A stretch of DNA of 64,000 bases from an uncultured Ruminococcus sp. (GTDB lineage: Bacteria > Bacillota > Clostridia > Oscillospirales > Acutalibacteraceae), in the NCBI GenBank assembly GCA_902776975.1, contig CACYSI010000001.1, positions 26,661 to 90,660 of the forward strand. The letters are read 5' to 3'. Below are positions 53,109 through 61,375 of the stretch, piece after piece; positions within the stretch are counted from its first letter, which is position 1, and every line of letters starts with the position of its first letter. The notes beneath the pieces were generated by a model. It made no database searches. It was given only the letters and a program-made list of their open reading frames with translations, and was not told the origin of the DNA. Both the position numbers and the translations under genes were made by a program.

Positions 53109-54500
53109 TTATCTGAAGCACCTTTGTATGACATCAATAATGATATCCTGCTGCTCGGGAGTGATCTTATTGTCACTGGGCAGACATATACCTCTGTTAA
53201 AGATATCCGCGCCTACGTCCACCGCGCCGTTTTCGGATATATAAGCGTTGCTTCTCGCTCTGCCGCTGCCGTGAGCGGTGATGAACGGGTTAGAACGGTA
53301 TATGGGCTGCATATGCATCGGCTTCCATATCGGTCTGCCCTCGGCGTTGATCGCCGCCAGAGCGTCCAGTATCTCGGTCGGGCTGCTCTTGCCGGGCTCC
53401 GAGCGGTACAGCGACTCTTTCTCGCCTCTCACAAACGGAGCCATAGCCTCTTCGTCTATCAGCAGGCATGACAGCCAGCAGTTAGGCTCGGAGGTCTCGC
53501 TGTCAAAGGGATTCATCTTTACGGGCAGACCCTTCAAGCCCTCTTTATATCTCTCGTATATCGCTTTTTTCTGAGCTACATGCTCCATGGTGTAAGGCAG
53601 CTGACCTCTCACCACGCCCGCCACGATATTGCTCATGCGGTAGTTGTAGCCGAGCTCCTCATGCTGGTACCACGCGGCGTCCTCGCGGCTCTGCGTAGAC
53701 CATTTGCGGGCTTTGTTCGCCCACTCTTCGCTGTCGGTCAGCAGCATACCGCCGCTGCTTCCTGTGATGATCTTGTTGCCGTTCCACGACAGCACGCCCA
53801 CATCGCCGAAGGTACCTGTCTGCTTTCCTTTATAAGTAGCGCAAAAAGACTCGGCGGCGTCTTCAACTATCAAAGCGTTGTGCTTGTCGGCTATCGCCTT
53901 TATCTCATCTATTTTGCCGGGAGTGCCGTACAGATGAGCGACGACGATCAGCCTTACCTCGGGGTAAAGCTCAAACGCTTTTTCGAGCGCGGTCGGGTCC
54001 ATGTTCCATGTATCGTATTCGGTATCTATGAATACCGCCTCGCCGCCCTCATACGCTATCGGATTTACGGTAGCGTCAAAGGTCATATCAGAGGCAAATA
54101 CCTTTTTGCCCTCGAGCGAGCCGTGACCCGCCTTAGGCTGACCGTAGAGCTTCTCCGCGCACAGCTTGATGCCTAAGTGCAGCGCTGCCGTACCCGCGGA
54201 CAGCGCTACGGCGTACTTGCTGCCGGTCATCTCGGCGGTTATTCGCTCTACTTCATTTATGTTGGCTCCCACGGTGCTTACCCAGTTGGTCTGGATAGCC
54301 TCGTCCACCCATTTCTGCTCGTCGCCGTGCATTGTCGGGCTTGAGAGCCATATCTTATTCTCAAACGGAGTGATTCCTTCAAATCTCGGGTCATTCAGTA
54401 TGTAGTCGTAAGTCGCGCTGACAGCACAGTTTGCCGGATCAACCACAACTCTGCGCTGATATCCGTCAAAGCTGACAGCCGAATTCTTGCGAAATTCCAT
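53109..54500 (-). CDS. DegT/DnrJ/EryC1/StrS-family sugar aminotransferase (PglE/EpsN-like, long form)
   Basis: GGGGAG RBS. ...AVALSAGTAALHL..., DAAESF, SWNGNKIITGSSGG (PLP-Lys region). Confidence 0.85.
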   Translation of the reverse strand: MEFRKNSAVSFDGYQRRVVVDPANCAVSATYDYILNDPRFEGITPFENKIWLSSPTMHGDEQKWVDEAIQTNWVSTVGANINEVERITAEMTGSKYAVALSAGTAALHLGIKLCAEKLYGQPKAGHGSLEGKKVFASDMTFDATVNPIAYEGGEAVFIDTEYDTWNMDPTALEKAFELYPEVRLIVVAHLYGTPGKIDEIKAIADKHNALIVEDAAESFCATYKGKQTGTFGDVGVLSWNGNKIITGSSGGMLLTDSEEWANKARKWSTQSREDAAWYQHEELGYNYRMSNIVAGVVRGQLPYTMEHVAQKKAIYERYKEGLKGLPVKMNPFDSETSEPNCWLSCLLIDEEAMAPFVRGEKESLYRSEPGKSSPTEILDALAAINAEGRPIWKPMHMQPIYRSNPFITAHGSGRARSNAYISENGAVDVGADIFNRGICLPSDNKITPEQQDIIIDVIQRCFR

Positions 54501-54536
54501 TGTCTATCTCCCCTTTATGCGTTTTTTAGTATCCCG

Positions 54537-55256
54537 TCAGGATTTTTTGTAGTAGTAGTCAGAGCTGTAGTATCCGCGTTTTCTGTAGTACTTGCTCTCT
54601 GTCGCCTTACCGTTATATACAAAGCCGAGCACCTTTGCTTCCGCGAAGCGGAGCTGACGCATGGTCTCGTCTATCTTTGAGATCTCCGACCAGTTGTGTC
54701 TGACTACCAGCAGATATCCGTCGATCAGCTTTGACAGGATCGCCGCGTCCGATACTACCGTCAGAGGCGGCAGGTCGATGATGATGTAGTCGTACTCTTC
54801 TTTGAGCTGCTCTATCATGTCGGCCATTACATCCGACTCGAGCAGTGTCGTAGAGTCGGGCGGGATATTACCCGAGGTGATTATATCGAGGTTTCTTTCC
54901 TCGATATGCTGTATGGGTATCTCCGTAGTGTTGCCGGCAAGATAGTTCGACAGACCCTTGTTTGTGGCTATCTTCAGCTTGGCGGCGAGGGTAGGCAGAC
55001 GCATATCGCCGTCTATTATCAGCACCTTTTTCTGCAGCTGAGCGAAGGATATCGCCAGGTTGATGGATACGGAGCTTTTGCCCTCGCTTCTCTTAGCCGA
55101 TACAACGCCTATGACCTTGCAGTTGTTGCCGGGCAGTGAGAAGGATACGTTCGTTCTGAGCGTTTTATACGCTTCCTGTATAGAGAAAGGAGATTTTTTC
55201 GAAAGCAGCATGCTTTCAGAGTTGAATACGGTATTCACCTTGATCTTCTTAGCCAC
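54537..55256 (-). CDS. CpsD/CapB-family tyrosine protein kinase (BY-kinase)
   Basis: Walker A SAKRSEGKSS, Walker A' LIIDGD, Walker B IIIDLPP, C-terminal Tyr cluster YYRKRGYYSSDYYYKKS. Confidence 0.88.
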   Translation of the reverse strand: MAKKIKVNTVFNSESMLLSKKSPFSIQEAYKTLRTNVSFSLPGNNCKVIGVVSAKRSEGKSSVSINLAISFAQLQKKVLIIDGDMRLPTLAAKLKIATNKGLSNYLAGNTTEIPIQHIEERNLDIITSGNIPPDSTTLLESDVMADMIEQLKEEYDYIIIDLPPLTVVSDAAILSKLIDGYLLVVRHNWSEISKIDETMRQLRFAEAKVLGFVYNGKATESKYYRKRGYYSSDYYYKKS

Positions 55257-55257
55257 G

Positions 55258-56106
55258 TTACTTATCCTCCTTATCCTTATCCTTATCCTTGTCGCTTGGT
55301 TTGAGCCTGTAGGCGTAGCCGTAGCTGTAGTATCCGCCCTTTTCGCCCTTGCCTACCTTGGTATAGTCGGGTATTACGCCGATGATAGGCAGGTTGTAAT
55401 GCTGTTCGAGGTCGCTTTCTCCCGATAGCGTGTCATTTGTAAAGTATCTTATGACGACTATGATAAGCATTAACAAGACGCCTGCCAGAACACCGAGCAA
55501 AGTGTATCTCGATGTGTTCGGAGCGTATTTTGAGTTCGGATACGCGGGCATGTCTATGATCTTCATCGAGCTGCCTTCTACGATGTACGCCATATATTCG
55601 GGCGCCTTTTTCGCGATAGCGTTAGCAAACTGCAGAGCCTCGTTCTGATTGGGCGAGATCACGTTGACGTCCAGTACGCCGGTATCATCCTTCATGTTGA
55701 TGCTGACCATCGACTTGAGCTTGCTGTAGCTGTATTTTCTCAGGTTAGTGCCCTTGGTATTATCGTCCTCTTCGATAGCTCCCATCAGCATCTCACGGCT
55801 GGTGATGATGGTCGAGTATGTAGCGACCAGCTGATGCGAGGCGTTGATATCGTTGTTGGTTATCTGCTGACTTTCACTTTGTCCCTGCTTGTTGTTGATA
55901 AATGCCGAAAATCCCGATCTGTATGTCGGTTTCACAACAAACTCGGCTACACAGAACATAATTCCGCCGCATATCAGTCCGACCAGAATGATAAGCCACA
56001 GTCTTTTCAGAATCGTCCTTAGGAGCGCGAGAAAATCGATCTCGATCTCGCGATCTCGCGATTTTGGTTCATTTCCTTTGAAATTGTCCTTGGTTAAATC
56101 CTGCAT
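55258..56106 (-). CDS. wzz: Wzz/CpsC (YveK) chain-length determinant / kinase modulator
   Basis: Two TM segments flank an extracellular domain. IDFLALLRTILKRLWLIIL N-terminal pattern. Lies directly upstream of the BY-kinase (stop and start 1 nt apart). Confidence 0.8.
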   Translation of the reverse strand: MQDLTKDNFKGNEPKSRDREIEIDFLALLRTILKRLWLIILVGLICGGIMFCVAEFVVKPTYRSGFSAFINNKQGQSESQQITNNDINASHQLVATYSTIITSREMLMGAIEEDDNTKGTNLRKYSYSKLKSMVSINMKDDTGVLDVNVISPNQNEALQFANAIAKKAPEYMAYIVEGSSMKIIDMPAYPNSKYAPNTSRYTLLGVLAGVLLMLIIVVIRYFTNDTLSGESDLEQHYNLPIIGVIPDYTKVGKGEKGGYYSYGYAYRLKPSDKDKDKDKEDK

Positions 56107-56585
56107 AAAATCTCTCCATTACATTTTTTAACGGGTTTGTCTGTCCTGTTAAAGCGCGTTTTTACACACTTTCACATTCTCCTATATAATAACCTATATT
56201 ACCCTCAAAATCAATAGAATTGCTCAAATATTGCCATCCCGAGGTGGATAAATACCCGCTGAAAAGAAATCGTTTTTTGTCTAAAATACTCAAAATATTC
56301 TGCAAATTTGTTATATATTGACCTAATGTACAAAATTTGCACATGACTATGTGTCAGACAACATTTTGACAAGCATCAAAAACGGTTGACCTGTAATTAT
56401 TTATTATGATATCGCGCCCCTTCCGCAACCGCAGATCAAAGTTGCAAACTATTAACAGTGTCATTATGAATCCCCCGAGTCTGAGGTCCCCAAGACACCC
56501 CGTGTATTTGGGAGAGGACGAATCGGAGTAAATGACAAGAAAGCGTGCGCACCAAGTCGACAGTCGTTAATTAATCAGCGATCAC

Positions 56586-56739
56586 TTATACTAATTTCAA
56601 TTAAAACGCTTAAACAAGATATTTGCGGAAAATTTCGCAAAGCAAGGCGGAGATCGCAGGCAGGCTGGCGCCTGTCAAGATCGACAACGCAGCTATGCGG
56701 AATTTAACGCAATAGATGTTAAAGGGTTTTATTTGAAAT
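56586..56739. repeat. 154-bp element with ~22-bp imperfect terminal inverted repeats (copy 1)
   Basis: Differs from 63404..63557 at 3 positions. Termini atttcaattaaaacgcttaaac / gttaaagggttttatttgaaat. Internal hairpins ttgcg-gaaaattt-cgcaa, caggc-tggc-gcctg and tgcg-gaatttaa-cgca. Confidence 0.85.
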
Positions 56740-56796
56740 CACCCCTGACGTTGTCAGAGGTGCATTTTTATCCATTTTGTGTATATACTAACCGGG

Positions 56797-57228
56797 TTAT
56801 TCGGCTTTCTTTTCGGTTTCGGTAAAGTTATTTACCACACCGTCGGCTACATAGTACTCACTGTCCTCAAACTTCTTGAAGGTGCTCGCTTCATCATATT
56901 TGTTGCCCTTATAGTAATCCTTACAGTGATCGGTATAGGTCGGATCGGGCACAAAGGCGTACCAGCTGCCGTCGCCGTATTCGCTGTATGTATACCACAC
57001 GCCGTTCTGGAAGTAATACGGCTTGCTTTCAAACTCATAGTACCCCTTGACCGGCGTACTCAATCCGCCGAAGAGTCCGAACACCATTATCAAAGCGAAT
57101 ACCGTAATAAGTGTTATCAATAATCCTTTTGTATGCTTCTTTTTCTGAGCTGTGATATCCGCGCCGCATTCGGGACACACGAGATCGTTCTTATCCAGTT
57201 TAGCTTTACATTTGCTGCACTTTTTCAT
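56797..57228 (-). CDS. Zinc-ribbon single-pass membrane protein, function unknown
   Basis: CSKC...CPEC ribbon, one TM (LLITLITVFALIMVFGLFGG), Tyr-rich ectodomain. Confidence 0.5.
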   Translation of the reverse strand: MKKCSKCKAKLDKNDLVCPECGADITAQKKKHTKGLLITLITVFALIMVFGLFGGLSTPVKGYYEFESKPYYFQNGVWYTYSEYGDGSWYAFVPDPTYTDHCKDYYKGNKYDEASTFKKFEDSEYYVADGVVNNFTETEKKAE

Positions 57229-57650
57229 GTTATATCTCCTCGCTCAAAGATATGATACTTACCTATCATATCATCTTATTTCTTCTATATAAAAATAAGA
57301 TAACATCATTTTGATTTTTTTTCAATATTTTTATGAAAATTTATTCATCTGCACATAATAAATAGCATAATGCACAAATCAGCGAGGCTTTTTTCGTCAG
57401 TTAAAACGATATATATCCTTTTATCGTATTCCGCCCTTATAACCTTCCGCCGATCCGCTCAAGACAGCAGTTTTCTGTATATTTCAAGGGAGCAAACCTA
57501 TATAGTTTAATTATAACAGCTGCTCCTGATTTCGCGAAGCGGTAAACTGACGAAAAGCGTCGAAGCTATTTGTTTCGTTTCTGTGTAAGCCGTCGGTTAA
57601 ACCTATTAAGGCTGTGATCACTGCTGCGCTGAACAATATCAGGCGGAACA

Positions 57651-57939
57651 GGTTGACAGATAAAAGCGTATGCGCCTGTCAACCAAAACGTCAACCGTCT
57701 ACTGTCAACCGAGGGTAAAGACTTTTTAAATCAGCACGGTTTATCCCCTTTTGTATATTATTATTTTTCTTACTATTATTGGTTTACATGGTTTACAAAT
57801 ACAGAGAAACCTACTGTTTATCAGGCTTTGTATTGTCAACCGAGATGTCAACCGAACGTCAACCGAGTTGTCAACTCAGAGAGTTTTACAGGTCAATCAA
57901 ACGGAAGATCGTCATCAGCTGTGATTACCTTGTCAACCG
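57651..57939. repeat. Iteron cluster: two sets of TGTCAACCG repeats flanking an A/T-rich spacer (putative replication origin)
   Basis: ggttgaca (inverted) at 57651-57658. TGTCAACC at 57677, GTCAACCG at 57690, TGTCAACCG at 57703. A/T-rich 57720-57830 with tggtttaca twice. TGTCAACCG at 57834 and 57846, cGTCAACCG at 57857, TGTCAACt at 57869, TGTCAACCG at 57931. Confidence 0.65.
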
Positions 57940-59374
57940 GACGCGCGCGTCCTTTTTCACCATACTGTAACGTACTGTTATCAATACTGCTATTATCGGT
58001 CACAGAAGTTGGGATATCGTCGGAAGGCACAGGGTCTTTGACTCGCTCCCAACCCTTTTGTGAACCGTACTTGGCATAGCGCTTCGGGTTTTTGTAAGCT
58101 CTCCATCCTTTGATCGTACCGTTAGCTATACCCGTGTTCATGATCTCACAGATCTCGCGTGTCTCCCATGTCTGGGGCTGACTGAACTTATTATCGAGTG
58201 CCTCGGCGTAGAGCAGCTTGGAGCATACCCGATCGCCGGTGAAATCCTCTAAGAACGCATAGATCATACCCGCCTGCGTATCTTCCTGCATGAAGTCCTG
58301 CTGTTGAGTCCGCAGGCTGTTTTCCAGCTCCGCCGTAAAGGACAGCTTATAGTCGCCGCTGCGGTAGATGACCATCGCCTCCGCCCACATTTGAGCGATA
58401 TAGGCGCGTGATGACTCTTCATCCGCAAGGATATGCACCTCTGCTTTTTCCGGATACACATTCACAGGAATGAACCTTCGGTTGCCGGTACGATCACGCG
58501 GCAAAAAGTCCTGACGGTTCGTCGTCCCGGCAAAGACGCATTGGCGCGGTCTGTCCGCGGGGTGGGTCTCATACGGCACCTTGTAGGTCTCCTTCTGGCG
58601 GCTGAGAAAGGACTTGATCTCCTCAATGCTTCTGGCGTTTGCTGTCGCGATCATCTCGCTCATCTCGATGATCCAGTGCCCTTGTAATTTGCGGTAGACG
58701 TTCTCGTCGTCGAGCTTTCTGAGATCGTCCGAGAACCACTCGTCCCGGATCGCCATAAAGCGGAAGAATGTACTTTTACCCGCGCCCTGACCGCCGACCA
58801 AGCAGAGCATATTCTCGAACTTGCACCCCGGCTCGAACACCCTCTTGATCGCGCCCATCATGAATAATTTCAGCGCCTCATAGGTATAGTCGCTCACGTC
58901 TGAGCCGAGGAAATGACGCAGCGCGTGACGTATCCGTTCCTTGCCGTCCCATTTCAGGGAGTTGAGATAATCCTGTATCGGGTGGTAGCGATTCTCGCTC
59001 GCTACGATATCAAGGGCTTTGAGGATCTTCTTCTCATTAGAGAGGCTGTAGACCTGCTCGAGATACCAGAGCAGATAGTTCATCTCGGTATCGTTGACGG
59101 TCTTGCTCCGGCAACTCCACGGCAGCGGAGGAGAAAGGTCGATCCGCTCCGTCAGAAGATTGCGGCGAAATTTGCCGCGCAAGTCGGGATCCATACTCAG
59201 CGCCATGATGCAGTTTTGAAAGCTGTTCTTGATTTCGCCGTTTTTGTATCGCTCTAAGGTATTTCTGATTTCCTCACAGGTTTGCGGCATAAATTCCGTT
59301 GTTCGCTCGTTTGTATCAGTCGTGATAATACCTCCCAATGATTGTTTTAGGGTGTGCGCCGTTATACTATCCAA
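57893..59374 (-). CDS. VirE (virulence-associated protein E) family primase/helicase-like P-loop NTPase of mobile-element origin
   Basis: Walker A GGQGAGKSTFF, VirE-type N-terminal region (NCIMALSMDPDLRGKFRRN) and ...WIIEMSE... The start is uncertain (TTG at 59374 or ATG at 59290), with no clear RBS. Confidence 0.7.
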   Translation of the reverse strand: MDSITAHTLKQSLGGIITTDTNERTTEFMPQTCEEIRNTLERYKNGEIKNSFQNCIMALSMDPDLRGKFRRNLLTERIDLSPPLPWSCRSKTVNDTEMNYLLWYLEQVYSLSNEKKILKALDIVASENRYHPIQDYLNSLKWDGKERIRHALRHFLGSDVSDYTYEALKLFMMGAIKRVFEPGCKFENMLCLVGGQGAGKSTFFRFMAIRDEWFSDDLRKLDDENVYRKLQGHWIIEMSEMIATANARSIEEIKSFLSRQKETYKVPYETHPADRPRQCVFAGTTNRQDFLPRDRTGNRRFIPVNVYPEKAEVHILADEESSRAYIAQMWAEAMVIYRSGDYKLSFTAELENSLRTQQQDFMQEDTQAGMIYAFLEDFTGDRVCSKLLYAEALDNKFSQPQTWETREICEIMNTGIANGTIKGWRAYKNPKRYAKYGSQKGWERVKDPVPSDDIPTSVTDNSSIDNSTLQYGEKGRARPVDKVITADDDLPFD

Positions 59375-59595
59375 AAGCTGTGATAGCTACTGCCGAAGAT
59401 AACATCTGTGTAACAGTATGGTGTAAGGGGCGCGTCCCCATTTATGACAATACAAACGCTTTTGTTGCATAAAACTATGCAACTGATCAAAAGTTTTTCT
59501 TACTGATTTCTAATGAGACCCATTAATCCTTAATAAAAACCTTTATCATCTATTACGCTATATTTCGTATAGCTTTGTTGGGTACCTTGACAGGC

Positions 59596-59634
59596 AAAAA
59601 AAGACAGAGCGCCCGTCGGGAAGCCCTGTCTTTT
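59596..59634 (-). terminator. Rho-independent terminator after the GNAT gene
   Basis: Minus strand: gacagggcttcccgacgggcgctctgtc hairpin followed by ttttttt. Confidence 0.55.
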
Positions 59635-59662
59635 GATGAAATATCAGTGAGATGATTTGATG

Positions 59663-60118
59663 CTACAGCTCTTTGATCAGCTTGACAAATCTGCCGTATT
59701 CATCCTCCCCGATGTGAACGATCCTGTCAAAGCCCATCTGAGTATACAATCGCAGTGCAGGATCATTGTCTAAATCCACGCCGATAGACAGTTCGCGATA
59801 ACCTTCCTGCTGTGCATTACGGACGATGAAGTCCACGAGCTTTTTGCCGATCCCCTGTCTGCGATATTCGTCCTTTACGATCAGGCGCGAAACATACAAT
59901 CGTCTGTCGGGGATGGTATACTGCGGATCACCGGCATCGGTAACGATGGAGATCTCTCCGATATAATCACCGTCGATCCGATAGATGTAAGTTGTGCGAA
60001 TCCCCTCACGCATTTCCCTGAGAAACCGCGCAGCGAGATCACCTTGCTTCTGCATATCCCAAATGTTACCGCACTTGTCAAAATCTGACAGATCAAGCCT
60101 GATAATATCATCCTTCAT
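59663..60118 (-). CDS. GNAT-family N-acetyltransferase
   Basis: RRQGIGKKLVDFIV acetyl-CoA motif. The MKDDIIRL start at 60118 overlaps the upstream gene by 11 nt. Confidence 0.7.
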   Translation of the reverse strand: MKDDIIRLDLSDFDKCGNIWDMQKQGDLAARFLREMREGIRTTYIYRIDGDYIGEISIVTDAGDPQYTIPDRRLYVSRLIVKDEYRRQGIGKKLVDFIVRNAQQEGYRELSIGVDLDNDPALRLYTQMGFDRIVHIGEDEYGRFVKLIKEL

Positions 60119-60776
60119 CTTTCTTTTCCTCTTTCGGTTTGCCGAGCATCGGCTGAGCGACATGAACGTTGAAGAAGGTGATCAGCGGACCCATGAAGAA
60201 CGCGGTGATGATCGTGCCGACGCCGACGGAGCCGAAGATCCCGGTAAGGTTCTGTCCGGCGAGCAGCAGCAGGATCACTCCCAGCGTCACGCAGACAAGG
60301 TCGCAGATCACACGGCAGTAGGCGAACTTGAGCTTATGCTGCCGCTGTGACCAGACCAGCGCGACCGCGTCATAGGTGGACACGCCGAGATCGGCGGTAA
60401 AATACAGCGCCGACGACAGGCAGAGTATCACGATGGCAATAAGCAGGATGATTATCCTCAGCCACAGCGGAGCGTCGGGCATGAGCTTTTCACACAAGCC
60501 CTGAGAGAACTCGACGATATACCCCAGCAAAAAAAGGTTGATGAATGTCGCGATACCGATCTTTTTTCGGTCAAAGATCAGCGCGAACAACAGCAAAATC
60601 GCGTTCACGATCACATACAGCGTGCCGAAGCGGATCGGGATGACCGCGTCCAGACCGCTCATCAGCGACTGGAACGGATCGACGCCGAGGGCGGCAAACT
60701 TGAACATGCCGACGCTGACGCCGCAGATAGCTACGCCCAGTATGCTCATGATCACTCTTTTAACAGTTTGATTCAT
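60108..60776 (-). CDS. YczE/YyaS/YitT-family membrane protein
   Basis: 222 aa with about 6 TM segments. N-terminus ...GVAICGVSVGMFKFAALGVDPFQSL... Confidence 0.55.
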   Translation of the reverse strand: MNQTVKRVIMSILGVAICGVSVGMFKFAALGVDPFQSLMSGLDAVIPIRFGTLYVIVNAILLLFALIFDRKKIGIATFINLFLLGYIVEFSQGLCEKLMPDAPLWLRIIILLIAIVILCLSSALYFTADLGVSTYDAVALVWSQRQHKLKFAYCRVICDLVCVTLGVILLLLAGQNLTGIFGSVGVGTIITAFFMGPLITFFNVHVAQPMLGKPKEEKKDEG

Positions 60777-61375
60777 ATTTCGCTCTCCTTTGTATCTATG
60801 ATACAGTACTCATAAGCGTTTATTACCGTTGTCGACCCTCGCACTGTTTTTTGAGGGATATCATAGTTATAATTAAGGTGTATATGTCCGTGGACATAGT
60901 ACTTTGGCTCATACCTTTCAAGCAAAGTGTTGAAGCATTCAAATCCCCTGTGTGACATGGAGTCAAAGTCATTCAGACCTCGCGCGGGAGCGTGCGTCAG
61001 CAGTATGTCAAAGCCGTGATGCTTTTTCAGCGGCAGCCAGAGCTTACGGATACGGCTCTGCATCTGTCGCTCGGTGTACATATATTCACCTGAGCGGTAT
61101 TGGTATGAGCCGCCCAGACCGAGGATACGCAGCCCTTCGACCTCTACGATGCTGTCATCGGCGCATATGCAGCCCTCCGGATCACGTCCGTAGCTGTCGT
61201 CGTGGTTGCCGTGGACATACACCAGCGGACAGCGCGCCATCGTTACCAAAAACTCAAGATACTCGGGTCTGAGATCACCGCATGAGAGTATCAGATCAAA
61301 TTCGTCCAGCTTTCCGGGCTTGTAGTATTCATAGTAGCGGTCGGATGGGATATCCGCCACGGCAAGTATCCTCAT
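60773..61375 (-). CDS. Metallophosphoesterase family protein
   Basis: MRILAVADIP, GDL, HGNHD and GHIH motifs. 4-nt overlaps on both sides. Confidence 0.8.
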   Translation of the reverse strand: MRILAVADIPSDRYYEYYKPGKLDEFDLILSCGDLRPEYLEFLVTMARCPLVYVHGNHDDSYGRDPEGCICADDSIVEVEGLRILGLGGSYQYRSGEYMYTERQMQSRIRKLWLPLKKHHGFDILLTHAPARGLNDFDSMSHRGFECFNTLLERYEPKYYVHGHIHLNYNYDIPQKTVRGSTTVINAYEYCIIDTKESEI

